Source: an uncultured virus (IMG/VR IMGVR_UViG_3300032289_002266)
Lineage: Duplodnaviria; Heunggongvirae; Uroviricota; Caudoviricetes
Length of the DNA: 20,000 nt
Virus record (IMG/VR): IMGVR_UViG_3300032289_002266
Direction: 5' to 3' (one strand)
The notes beneath the pieces are model-generated. The model was not told where the DNA came from and made no database searches. It was given only the letters and a program-made list of their open reading frames with translations. Below, in pieces: positions 1-8,411 of this stretch. The translations under genes were made by a program, and so were the position numbers. Positions within the stretch are counted from its first letter, which is position 1. Each line of letters starts with the position of its first letter.

Positions 1-248
1 GGGTATGGTGATTTATTATGTGATGAGTTATAAAGGGTACTACCTGCATATCTTATCTCCAGAGCTGGAACGGTAATAGTAGGTACTACTGTTCCGTAAA
101 TAGAGAATTGCATAGTATCCTGTATTACAGAACTATTACTTCTTACACCTTCACTAATACTCTTTAATGCATTTGGTACCTGAAAGACAAGCTTAAACTT
201 ATCTATTCTAGATTTGTTTAAAGATGATTGTTGATAGGTATTGCTCAT
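1..248 (-). CDS. Probable tail completion / tail-tube-fold protein (T4 gp3-like), runs off window edge
   Basis: Not in ORF track. ATG at 248 overlaps the terL-C stop (ATGA). Translation MSNTYQQSSLNKSRIDKFKLVFQVP...MQFSIYGTVVPTITVPALEIRYAGS... is open to the edge and loosely resembles the T4 gp3 N-terminus. Confidence 0.5.
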   Translation of the reverse strand, partial: MSNTYQQSSLNKSRIDKFKLVFQVPNALKSISEGVRSNSSVIQDTMQFSIYGTVVPTITVPALEIRYAGSTLYNSSHNKSPY

Positions 249-1732
249 AGTGTGGTCCAGCCGTCTTGTTGTAAAAATTCTATTTCTGCTACTTGTTCTG
301 AATCACCCATACCGAATACTACGGGTGTCATGTATGTATTATTTAATCCTACTACCTCGAAATCATTATATATAGAAGTAGGATCTTCAAACATTGACAC
401 ACCAAAATCCATAGGCTCTATAAAGCTAGGCTTTCCGTGATCATCAAGCTCTACTATTTCAAAATATCTTTCCGTTAACTCTTTTTCTAATATAAACAAT
501 GCGTACATTAACGACATTACTCTATCATCATGATAACCTCCTTTTGCCTTCCAAGTACCATTAGGATATCTTACAAAATCTTTAAGCTCCTTCAAAGTAT
601 CCATATCTTTAATAGTAACAGATCTCATTTCATTTATAAAATAACGCATGTTCATTACACCTTTATATTTGGTATTAGTATGAGCTATCATACCCATTTG
701 GGGTTTTACTCTATTAGCTACTTTTGCACCATACGATACTACTTTTTCATATCCCATATCAAAAGCCAATCTATCAACTACCTGCGCTCCGCAATTATTT
801 CTCTCTATTAGAGCTAAAGGTGATCCCCAGTTTTTGAGAATAGTATGAACTTTATTAGCAAACTCTAACGGTGGTATATGTCTGTTATGGTAAGTAGCTA
901 CTTGCTTTATATCTTTTAAATCTGTTATATCTAAAATTTGCATAACTGAAGCATCGATACCAACACCTTCAGATATATCAACTCCCGCAACATAGACTCT
1001 AGAGGAATCAGGCTCCTCCCATATTTTATAATTACCTTCGTCTAATAGTATTTTAGGTTCCGTACATTGCTGTGACATCTCTAAGAAAAGAGCTTCATCT
1101 ATAGAAGACTCACCAGAATTTACAAAGATGCAGCAAAATTCTTGTAACCAGGCCTCTGTTGATCCAAGTGCCTGCCTGGTAATTGAAGCCCACTTTTCGT
1201 CTCTTCCAGGTATTTCGTCCCACATAATTTTATCATATCCCCATCCATTTTCACCCTTTTCAGCTCCATCATAAATTTTATGAAACAAGTTATCGGTACC
1301 ATTTGCAGTAGAACATATAAAGACTTTAGATTTTTTAGAAGAAGTAATAATAGGAAAAACGGACTTCCAAAACTCATCAACCAAATGAGTATTATGAGAT
1401 AATATACCGTTAGTAAAATATCTATTACCGTCTTCAACATCTACAAAATCATATACTACTTCAGAGGCACATTTCTCTATATTGAGTACTTTAACTAAAC
1501 CAGATTTGGTCTTTATTTGCTTATAGAGGGTATCTTTAGCTAAAATAGTATTATCTTCCGCATCGAAGAACCCATGATTTTCTGAAACCTTGATAACGCT
1601 ACTATCAGCTAAACTTAGCTTTATTAAACTTTTCTTGTCGTATACTGCTAAACCAGAGAAATTCTTCCATCCTTTATCTGTTTCTATTTCCCAATCTTCG
1701 TTTACAATAAATTCCTTTAAGTCATCTTTCAT
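245..1732 (-). CDS. terL: Terminase large subunit, C-terminal fragment, preceded by split-intein C-half (aa 1-114)
   Basis: After ...ILSHN the protein reads THLVDEFWKSVFPIITSSKKSKVFICSTANG (ATPase coupling motif), WLQEF, and RNase H-like nuclease motifs VAGVDISEG, LIERNN and HDDRVMS typical of T4 gp17-type terminases. Confidence 0.95.
   Translation of the reverse strand: MKDDLKEFIVNEDWEIETDKGWKNFSGLAVYDKKSLIKLSLADSSVIKVSENHGFFDAEDNTILAKDTLYKQIKTKSGLVKVLNIEKCASEVVYDFVDVEDGNRYFTNGILSHNTHLVDEFWKSVFPIITSSKKSKVFICSTANGTDNLFHKIYDGAEKGENGWGYDKIMWDEIPGRDEKWASITRQALGSTEAWLQEFCCIFVNSGESSIDEALFLEMSQQCTEPKILLDEGNYKIWEEPDSSRVYVAGVDISEGVGIDASVMQILDITDLKDIKQVATYHNRHIPPLEFANKVHTILKNWGSPLALIERNNCGAQVVDRLAFDMGYEKVVSYGAKVANRVKPQMGMIAHTNTKYKGVMNMRYFINEMRSVTIKDMDTLKELKDFVRYPNGTWKAKGGYHDDRVMSLMYALFILEKELTERYFEIVELDDHGKPSFIEPMDFGVSMFEDPTSIYNDFEVVGLNNTYMTPVVFGMGDSEQVAEIEFLQQDGWTTL
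1391..1732 (-). mobile_element. Split intein C-fragment (IntC, 114 aa)
   Basis: Block B-like KVSENHGFF; block F/G VVYDFVDVEDGNRYFTNGILSHN ending in His-Asn; next residue Thr (codon 1388-1390). Confidence 0.92.
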
Positions 1733-2892
1733 AATATGTCTCCTTGTGTTATAATTTTATAAACATAACCGAATTCTGCGCACCAAGCCGCGGCTGCTTT
1801 AGCCTTAGCTAAATTTCTAGGAGTATCTATTAAATTCTCCGGCTTTATTTCATATATAATCTTATTTACATCATCAGTAAAATCTGTAATATATATATGA
1901 TCTTTATTTTCATAATTATACTTTATTCTAGTAACTTCGTATTTTAATGATGGATTGAGCTCATGAAACTTTAACTCCCAAGAGCTTCTATAGTTTTTAA
2001 TACCTGTGATGTCTGATCTAAGACGTTTGTGATTAAGCCTGTTTAATGTATTCGGGGTATAAGAACCTTCTAATATTTTTTCTTTCATTAACTCGCTTTG
2101 TTTTTTATATACCCCGTTTTCGCGGTTTTTAAAAACTTGCTCCGAACGCTTTAACTTACACCAAGTATTCTTATTAGATGTAGAAATTTTATTTTTAGTT
2201 TCCGTAGTGTGGTGATAATTTTTTCTTAATTTTACTCTTTTTTGTTTAATATGTTCACTCTGCAAATAAGATAAATCTCTTTTTTTTGCTTGATTAGATA
2301 ATAAGTTACTTATACATTTTTTCGATCCGCAAGTATTGTTGAGTGTAAAAGTACTTGTATTTGTAAAATTACAAAAACTGTTACATTTACAGTAAATAGC
2401 TTCGTTTACTAACAAGGCTATTTTATATTTAAAATTATCAATATTAGGCGTATAATACGATATACTATCTAGTAATTCTCTATCTTTAGAGAATTTTGTA
2501 TATGAAGATTTTTTAATATATTCTTTAGTCCTATCGATTACTACATTGATATCTAACTTCGCAATAGGTTGTATATCCATGTTCTCTATTCTAGAAATAA
2601 ACGTATTTATACACTTACCGCTAAACGTTATTAATCCCTTAGCATAACCATGCTTAAAGTTTAAAAATTTTGCATTAGGTAATTCAGTTATATTATGTAT
2701 AATATGATATACTTTCTGATTTAGAGGTAAATCGTATAATCCAATATTATCTTTATAAAATTCATTAATATAATCGTAAATATAACCCTTATTTTGCCTT
2801 TCATACCACCTACGAAAGTAGGAATTCTTATTAAGCTTTCTATCTTTAAAAAACTCTATAATCTCGTCCCGCATTTTACATTTATCATCCAT
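1729..2892 (-). CDS. Free-standing putative homing endonuclease (Cys-rich segment + NUMOD3-like motif + TnsA/T4 gp4-like PD-(D/E)XK domain)
   Basis: Motifs CKCNSFC..TCGSKKC, HHTTETKNKISTS and C-terminal YRSSWELKF...HIYITDF...IYEIKP...AKAKAAAAWC...YKIIT. Start set at ATG 2892 (TAAATA-N5 upstream) rather than the track's 2934. Stop overlaps the terL-C ATG. Confidence 0.75.
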   Translation of the reverse strand: MDDKCKMRDEIIEFFKDRKLNKNSYFRRWYERQNKGYIYDYINEFYKDNIGLYDLPLNQKVYHIIHNITELPNAKFLNFKHGYAKGLITFSGKCINTFISRIENMDIQPIAKLDINVVIDRTKEYIKKSSYTKFSKDRELLDSISYYTPNIDNFKYKIALLVNEAIYCKCNSFCNFTNTSTFTLNNTCGSKKCISNLLSNQAKKRDLSYLQSEHIKQKRVKLRKNYHHTTETKNKISTSNKNTWCKLKRSEQVFKNRENGVYKKQSELMKEKILEGSYTPNTLNRLNHKRLRSDITGIKNYRSSWELKFHELNPSLKYEVTRIKYNYENKDHIYITDFTDDVNKIIYEIKPENLIDTPRNLAKAKAAAAWCAEFGYVYKIITQGDIL

Positions 2893-2897
2893 ATATG

Positions 2898-2905
2898 TAT
2901 TTATG
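2898..2905 (-). promoter_or_regulatory. T4 late-type promoter box (CATAAATA) overlapping the terL-N stop codon
   Basis: CATAAATA-catat-ATG(2892), same 5-nt spacing as the other boxes in the window. Confidence 0.65.
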
Positions 2906-3557
2906 TTGTTTGGAGTAGTTTTTTGTATTCCCATACGCTACATTCTCTTACTTCTCCCGTATGTTTATTTCTTAACTTCACTTTAGTTTCACCAGAAATA
3001 CACTCAATAAACGCACATTCGTCAATAATTAGAAGGTTTACAGACTGACCACGAGCAGCAGTACCAGTTGTAGTTGTAATACCTATTCTACTACCATTAT
3101 CTAGTGTCATTGAGGTTTTGCCATATTCTTTAACACCAGGCTTTAGCCAAATAGGTAGCTCCTCGAAAGCCATTCTAACACGTTGAAAGATTTCAATAGC
3201 AGTAGCTTCTTTGTTTGCTACTAAAAGAATTCTTTGATCATCCATAAAGCATGCATACCATAGCATATAGATAGTCATAAGGGTAGACTTACCAATCTGA
3301 CGAGAGGCTAGAAGAATAAAGAATCTGTTATCTCTCATCTTACGAATAGCGCGCTTTTGACAAGGGTGTAATTTAATTTTCTCTCTACCTCTATCTAGGT
3401 TAATTATGTGAAAGAAATTTTCTGCAAAATATAATATATTATCTTTAGCTTTTTGAAGCTCCTTTACCATCCATGGCTCGTAAGCTATTACTGCACCAGC
3501 TGCTGGAAGATTAGGATTTCCTAAATAAAACTCAGTTTTGTCGGACTTTTTGGACAT
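2901..3557 (-). CDS. terL: Terminase large subunit, N-terminal ATPase fragment, ending in split-intein N-half
   Basis: YLGNPNL N-terminus, KLHPCQ, Walker A ASRQIGKST, RGQS, Walker B LLIIDECAF; then intein block A CISGETKV and a stop 33 aa later. Confidence 0.95.
   Translation of the reverse strand: MSKKSDKTEFYLGNPNLPAAGAVIAYEPWMVKELQKAKDNILYFAENFFHIINLDRGREKIKLHPCQKRAIRKMRDNRFFILLASRQIGKSTLMTIYMLWYACFMDDQRILLVANKEATAIEIFQRVRMAFEELPIWLKPGVKEYGKTSMTLDNGSRIGITTTTGTAARGQSVNLLIIDECAFIECISGETKVKLRNKHTGEVRECSVWEYKKLLQTT
2904..3002 (-). mobile_element. Split intein N-fragment (IntN, 33 aa)
   Basis: CISGETKVKLRNKHTGEVRECSVWEYKKLLQTT: Cys1 block A pattern immediately after Walker B DECAFIE. Confidence 0.9.
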
Positions 3558-3561
3558 AATC

Positions 3562-3569
3562 TATAAATA
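3562..3569 (+). promoter_or_regulatory. T4 late-type promoter TATAAATA
   Basis: Exact TATAAATA, 5 nt before ATG 3575. Confidence 0.75.
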
Positions 3570-3574
3570 TATAT

Positions 3575-4582
3575 ATGTCAAAACAAAACGACTTCTCGAG
3601 TATTGGGCAAGTTTATGGAAGTATGTTAAACAACATGAAGCATAAGCTAGTATCTGAAGGTAAAATTGGAACTATGGTCAAGCCAGGCGAAATTGGTGAA
3701 GCTCCACTTATTAAGGGTGGTCCGCAAGAAACAGCCGGTTATATGCCTTCAAAGATAGACAGAAAGAAAATGTCCAAGAAAGAGCTAGATGATAATCTTT
3801 ATAAAATTAAGGATCTATCTCAACCTGAAAGCTCAGAAGAAGACGAAGAAGATAAAAAGCCTAAAAAGGGTATGTTTACAAAGGTTGAAAAAGAAGCTGA
3901 AAAAGCCGGTTATAGTAAAAAAGCTGCTCAAAAAATCGCAGGTGCTGCTAAAGCAAAGGTAAAAGGCGCTTATAAGGGAGAAGAAGATGAAGAAACTATC
4001 AAAGAAAGTAGAAAAATTGCCAAAGATAGCATAAATAATTTTATGAAAAGCAAATCAATCTTTGATAAACTATACGAAAATGTCATGGGACAGCCAGGCG
4101 CTGCAGCTCCTATGGGTTCGGAAATGGAAGAAACAGACGAGCTTGGTGCTCTTGGTATTGAGACCGACGGTGAAGGAATGGAAGAAACCGGCGAAGAGGT
4201 TACTTTCACACTTGATCGTGAAACTGCTCAAAAACTTATCGACGTTCTTCAAGCTGCTATCGGTGATGAAGCAGAAGGCGGTGAGTATGAGTCAGAAGGT
4301 GATACCGAAGAAGGTGACGGTGAAGAAGCTGAAGAAGGTTTCTGGGACGAAGACGAAGAAGATCTTGGCGCTGAGAACCTTTCTAAAGAAGTCAATTTCG
4401 GAAAGAATAACAAAGTTGGTGCTCTCAAAACACAATCAGGCGGTGCTACTTCAGCATATACAGACAAAGTAGGTCAAGACGGCGACCATGGTCACGCTCT
4501 TGTAAACGCTAAAGAGCCTAACATGGGTAAGAACAACAAAGTTGGTACGCTCAAGGCTGGTAAGTCAGCATTCGAACAATAA
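3575..4582 (+). CDS. Acidic low-complexity late protein, possibly prohead core/internal head protein
   Basis: 335 aa with Glu/Asp-rich tracts, a Lys/Ala-rich block and a C-terminal GKNNKVGxLK duplication; late promoter upstream and terminator downstream. Confidence 0.5.
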   Translation: MSKQNDFSSIGQVYGSMLNNMKHKLVSEGKIGTMVKPGEIGEAPLIKGGPQETAGYMPSKIDRKKMSKKELDDNLYKIKDLSQPESSEEDEEDKKPKKGMFTKVEKEAEKAGYSKKAAQKIAGAAKAKVKGAYKGEEDEETIKESRKIAKDSINNFMKSKSIFDKLYENVMGQPGAAAPMGSEMEETDELGALGIETDGEGMEETGEEVTFTLDRETAQKLIDVLQAAIGDEAEGGEYESEGDTEEGDGEEAEEGFWDEDEEDLGAENLSKEVNFGKNNKVGALKTQSGGATSAYTDKVGQDGDHGHALVNAKEPNMGKNNKVGTLKAGKSAFEQ

Positions 4583-4600
4583 TTAAAACTTAACTATAAT

Positions 4601-4634
4601 AAGCCCGGTGGTTTAACTACTACCGGGCTTTTTT
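4601..4634 (+). terminator. Rho-independent terminator
   Basis: AAGCCCGGTGGT...ACTACCGGGCTT hairpin followed by a T run, just after stop 4582. Confidence 0.9.
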
Positions 4635-4635
4635 G

Positions 4636-4643
4636 TATAAATA
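4636..4643 (+). promoter_or_regulatory. T4 late-type promoter TATAAATA
   Basis: Exact box directly after the terminator, 5 nt before ATG 4649. Confidence 0.75.
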
Positions 4644-4648
4644 ATAGT

Positions 4649-5020
4649 ATGATAACCTTTAAAGAATACCTGATTGAATACGCTACAAAGCAGAACAGTC
4701 AGTTCTTTGGTATAGCTAAGCTTAGATCAGGTAGTAATGGTAAATTGCTAGATGATCCATATAACAGAAAACATAAAAATGCTTTTAAAAAGGAATACTC
4801 TCACAAACACCCTGTTGTTGATCGCATCTGTAAGGGTAATTCAAATAACGTTCATCTTGCTGGTCCGCCGCTATTATCTATACTAGATCTTTATAATACT
4901 CAGTTTGAACCAGGTGTAAAAACTTTAGGCAATTCAGATGTTGAAGTTGAGATGTATGAAGATGAAGAAGGTACACAAAAAGGAATTTTAAGAAATAGAA
5001 AGAAAAACAATGGCCTGTAG
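4649..5020 (+). CDS. Hypothetical protein with capsid-targeting-like N-terminus
   Basis: MITFKEYLIE resembles the T4 internal-protein capsid targeting sequence (MKTYQEFIAE type). Confidence 0.55.
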   Translation: MITFKEYLIEYATKQNSQFFGIAKLRSGSNGKLLDDPYNRKHKNAFKKEYSHKHPVVDRICKGNSNNVHLAGPPLLSILDLYNTQFEPGVKTLGNSDVEVEMYEDEEGTQKGILRNRKKNNGL

Positions 5021-5885
5021 TACAAGTAGATCTCAATGTACTGCTGAAGGTGTATTTGCAGCAGTTGCTAGTCCTGGATGTGGGCAGTTTCTCAACCCAG
5101 GTAACTTCCAAGCTGAACAAATTATATACGACTCTTCTTTTAAAGATCTTATTAATAGCTATGGCATACCTGTAGATTATTATATTAATACTTTTAACCT
5201 CTCAGCAGCTGATACACTTTACGGCGAGCATCCAACAGCTATCTTTTATGGACCGGTATCAATAATGATGTATGTTGAGCTCAACGAAAACGCCGTTAAT
5301 CTATCTAAGTTTGGATTTGCTTCTGATGATGAACTAACAGGGTATATTCACATACAAACATTCTCCAATATAATGTCCAGTAGTGGTTATTTCTATATTA
5401 GAACTAGCTCTGGTGACTTTGTAAACTACAATGAGTCGCCTTCTATTTTTGACAGACTTTTAGGTGTAGATAGAGATGCGTATTATAGTTATATTAATAA
5501 TGGCCAGGTTATAGAGCCAAAATCTGGCGATTTAATTCAACTCTCCCCACTAGGGTGTGATAGACCTAACGGTAGGGGAGCCAAGATATTTGAAATTACC
5601 GAAAGAACAGATCAAGACGTATCATCCATGAATCCGTTGCTCGGTCATTATATATACAGATTGAGAGCTAAACGTTACGAATATTCGTTCGAGCCTGGCG
5701 CACCTCTTGAGCCACAAAATCAGCAAATATTTGAAAATTCTTTTTCTGGTAAGCTTTCGTCTAATATTCCTGGCGAATTACCATCTGAAAACAAATCTTA
5801 TCCAGGTGATATAGATACAGAATCTAAAACAAAAGTTTTAGATATGTCTGTAAACAATACTGATATATACGGATCCTACTATTAA
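5010..5885 (+). CDS. gp14: Neck (head-tail adaptor) protein, T4 gp14-like
   Basis: YGIPVDYY..DTLYGE..MYVE..LSKFG...DELT..EPKSGDLI..IFEI..YRLRAKRYEYS pattern matches the gp14 family. Confidence 0.75.
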   Translation: MACSTSRSQCTAEGVFAAVASPGCGQFLNPGNFQAEQIIYDSSFKDLINSYGIPVDYYINTFNLSAADTLYGEHPTAIFYGPVSIMMYVELNENAVNLSKFGFASDDELTGYIHIQTFSNIMSSSGYFYIRTSSGDFVNYNESPSIFDRLLGVDRDAYYSYINNGQVIEPKSGDLIQLSPLGCDRPNGRGAKIFEITERTDQDVSSMNPLLGHYIYRLRAKRYEYSFEPGAPLEPQNQQIFENSFSGKLSSNIPGELPSENKSYPGDIDTESKTKVLDMSVNNTDIYGSYY

Positions 5886-5919
5886 TTAAACAGGATTAAA
5901 ACACCAACTCACTTTGTTT

Positions 5920-7242
5920 TTAAGGAACAATATAGAGCTGATTATTAGTAGTACATCTCCAAATAAATCCACTTCCTAATCCTGCCGACGTAGTAGGTAC
6001 ATTAGTAAGAGCAATGCGTGGTGTGTACGCTGTATTAGAAGACAGAGCTACTAAATTAGCACCAGCTATAATTGACGAGCACGTTGCTGTAGAACATATA
6101 TTATTATTAACGCCTCCAAGTATACTGGAACCTGCAGCGCTAGCTCTGTTGCTACAACCACCAGCTACAGTTGAACAATTACCAAAAGCTGTATTACAAC
6201 CACCACCACCTATAAAAGAAATGCTGCCATCCGCTGTATTTCTATTACCACCAGCTACTGTAGAAAAATCACCACTAGCTATACTACTAAATCCACCAGC
6301 TACAGTTGAACAATTACCAAAAGCTGTATTACAACCACCACCAGCTACTGTAGAAAAATCTCTAATCGCTTTATTTTTATAACCACCTCCAATAGTAGTA
6401 AAACCATAACCACCACCTGTATCACAGCCAGCTAAATTACAGTAACCTCCACCTATAGTATTAGCTCCGTTTTCACAGCTACCGTAATAGCCTGAATACG
6501 TACTGTATGTGCAATTATTTCTACCACCACCTATAAAAGAAAAGATACTATTAGCTGTATTACTAAATCCACCAGCTACAGTTGAACAATGACCACTAGC
6601 TGTATTACAACTACCACCACCTATAAAAGAACTGGTAGAACTAGCTGTATTGCGATATCCCCCCGATGCTGTAGAATAACTACCACTAGCTATATTACCC
6701 AAACCACTACCTACAAACCCAAAACTACATGCAATATTACTTTGCCCGCCTACTACAACAGAACTACCACCGCAAGCTATATTACACTCACCACTGCCTA
6801 TAAAGGAACTAATGCCGCTAGCCCTACCACTAAACCCCCCTGCTATAGTAGAACAACTACCACTAGCTATATTATTTATGCCACCAGCTATATTAGAATA
6901 ATTACCGCTAGCTGTATTTGCGCCTCTAACCGTAGTGATAGAGGATGTAACATCAACCAGCGTATAAACCGAATCAGGTATACTAATACCTAGATATTGT
7001 TTAGCAGAAATAGTATTAGTAACAGTTACTGAGCTAAGCAGTACATTATTTGTTGATAAGTAGTTTGTAACAGTATTTAAACTAGCACTTGAAAGAGTAT
7101 TAAATCTATCATTAGTAACATATAAGCCAGAAAGACTATTTACTTCTGCGCGCTTCGTCACCTCTGTATTATCTACTATAATATAATCTGTTTTTAAAAT
7201 AGTATTTGCTACTTCTAGCTGTGATATAGTCTTTTCTGCCAT
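5920..7242 (-). CDS. Gly/Ser-rich repeat fibre/adhesin-like protein (paralog A)
   Basis: N-terminal KTISQL..DYIIVD..TKR anchor-like motif; roughly 18 ~15-aa repeats NxASGxxSxxxGG; C-terminus shared with 9332-11200. Confidence 0.7.
   Translation of the reverse strand: MAEKTISQLEVANTILKTDYIIVDNTEVTKRAEVNSLSGLYVTNDRFNTLSSASLNTVTNYLSTNNVLLSSVTVTNTISAKQYLGISIPDSVYTLVDVTSSITTVRGANTASGNYSNIAGGINNIASGSCSTIAGGFSGRASGISSFIGSGECNIACGGSSVVVGGQSNIACSFGFVGSGLGNIASGSYSTASGGYRNTASSTSSFIGGGSCNTASGHCSTVAGGFSNTANSIFSFIGGGRNNCTYSTYSGYYGSCENGANTIGGGYCNLAGCDTGGGYGFTTIGGGYKNKAIRDFSTVAGGGCNTAFGNCSTVAGGFSSIASGDFSTVAGGNRNTADGSISFIGGGGCNTAFGNCSTVAGGCSNRASAAGSSILGGVNNNICSTATCSSIIAGANLVALSSNTAYTPRIALTNVPTTSAGLGSGFIWRCTTNNQLYIVP
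6158..6343. repeat. Exact 51-bp direct repeat (6158-6208 and 6293-6343) within the 45-nt coding repeat array
   Basis: ccaccagctacagttgaacaattaccaaaagctgtattacaaccaccacca occurs twice with a 135-bp period (3 repeat units). Confidence 0.85.
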
Positions 7243-7247
7243 ATAGT

Positions 7248-7255
7248 TATTTATA
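7248..7255 (-). promoter_or_regulatory. T4 late-type promoter TATAAATA
   Basis: Exact box on the minus strand, 5 nt before ATG 7242. Confidence 0.75.
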
Positions 7256-7273
7256 ATAAGCCTACGCGTTTAT

Positions 7274-7304
7274 AAAAAAACTCTGTATGTGTTACATACA
7301 GAGT
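7274..7304 (-). terminator. Rho-independent terminator
   Basis: Perfect 11-bp stem ACTCTGTATGT/ACATACAGAGT, 3-nt loop, T run on the minus strand downstream of 7327-7572. Confidence 0.8.
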
Positions 7305-7326
7305 AAAAAAAGTAATGTTACACTAA

Positions 7327-7572
7327 TTATACGAGTCCGTAGTATGCTTTAACAGCAGAAACTACATCTTCGTTAGTCCACTCATTAGGAGTATCGTAAT
7401 TGTCTCCGGAGAGTTGATCCAGCTCAATTCTTTCACCTTGAATAAAGACGAAAATTTTCTTTTCGCCGGGAAGATCAACGATTCTATCAATTGTTATCTC
7501 TGAGATAGTTTCTGTAATCTCAGGTTGTTTAATAATTGTTTTTGGAGTATCTAATGTGATTTGTAAGCTCAT
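7327..7572 (-). CDS. Small acidic hypothetical protein (possible fibre-associated factor)
   Basis: 81-aa ORF with its own CTAAATA-N5-ATG box (7578-7584) and a terminator downstream. Confidence 0.7.
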   Translation of the reverse strand: MSLQITLDTPKTIIKQPEITETISEITIDRIVDLPGEKKIFVFIQGERIELDQLSGDNYDTPNEWTNEDVVSAVKAYYGLV

Positions 7573-7592
7573 AATTATATTTAGTCTATTTT

Positions 7593-8411
7593 TTAATATT
7601 TAAATAGATCTTTATACCATTTATATGTATTATCTAGCCAGATGCATACATCTGTCCCTAGAATCTTTTCAGGAGCATTGTCTGTTTTCTCTAACTTAGT
7701 CCTAATTTTATGATCACCAAAAATACCATACAAAGAATCATCTTCTTCTGTTACTTGTGTAATGTTGTTAAAGTTATGATATTCATAGCTTGGTAATTCG
7801 AAGTAATTGTAAATACTTTTGAGCGTCTGTTCTGGAGACTTGCATAGATCTTCGTACCTAACAAACATTATTTTTTCATTTAGACCTTGTCTAAAGATCT
7901 CACTTAGTCTTTCTAGTGCTAGACCAAGCGGTTGAGTAGCTAGATAGTGGTCAACGCGCTTAGGAGTTGATGTATTTCTTAACTCAGCATGATTAACAAT
8001 GCCGCTATCTGTTTCAGGAGCAGCTCTAAATTTCCTTTCCATAGAAGCAACTATTTGCTTCAGATCTCTAACCATGCAGATAACTTTAGGTTGTTCACCT
8101 ATTACAAATTGTAATAAATCGTAATGTATTCCCCAACCTCTTGATTTTTCTAATACTACAGGCTTATCAGTTACGGCATTATAAAATCCATTTAATCCAT
8201 TATAGCAAAAACTTTGGAATCCCCTTTTCATAAGCTCTGAATCTTGAGCCTTAAATGTTGGATCAGAACTAAAGTTTGCTCTAGCTCCATAAATTAATTC
8301 AAGAGTGCCAGAAGTAGGAGTGCAGTAGAAATCAGGATTCTGTGCAAAGATATTTTGTATTAGTGTTGATCCGGATCTTGGCAGAGATGAATTAAATAAT
8401 AGTTTTTTCAT
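7593..8411 (-). CDS. PAPS-dependent sulfotransferase family protein
   Basis: 5'-PSB motif SSLPRSGSTL, EKSR, 3'-PB motif MVRDLKQIVAS, VRYEDL..P. Confidence 0.85.
   Translation of the reverse strand: MKKLLFNSSLPRSGSTLIQNIFAQNPDFYCTPTSGTLELIYGARANFSSDPTFKAQDSELMKRGFQSFCYNGLNGFYNAVTDKPVVLEKSRGWGIHYDLLQFVIGEQPKVICMVRDLKQIVASMERKFRAAPETDSGIVNHAELRNTSTPKRVDHYLATQPLGLALERLSEIFRQGLNEKIMFVRYEDLCKSPEQTLKSIYNYFELPSYEYHNFNNITQVTEEDDSLYGIFGDHKIRTKLEKTDNAPEKILGTDVCIWLDNTYKWYKDLFKY

Noticed and set aside
245..3557. Terminase pseudogene, sequencing frameshifts, or group I intron interruption
   Set aside because: All catalytic motifs are intact and both breakpoints carry intein half-motifs. The three ORFs are in three frames with clean start/stop overlaps, and there is no non-coding space for intron core structure.
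6014..6993. Plus-strand ORFs 6014-6382 and 6589-6993 with repeats
   Set aside because: Antisense shadows of the repeat gene; their Pro/Thr-rich composition follows from GGT/AGT codons on the other strand.
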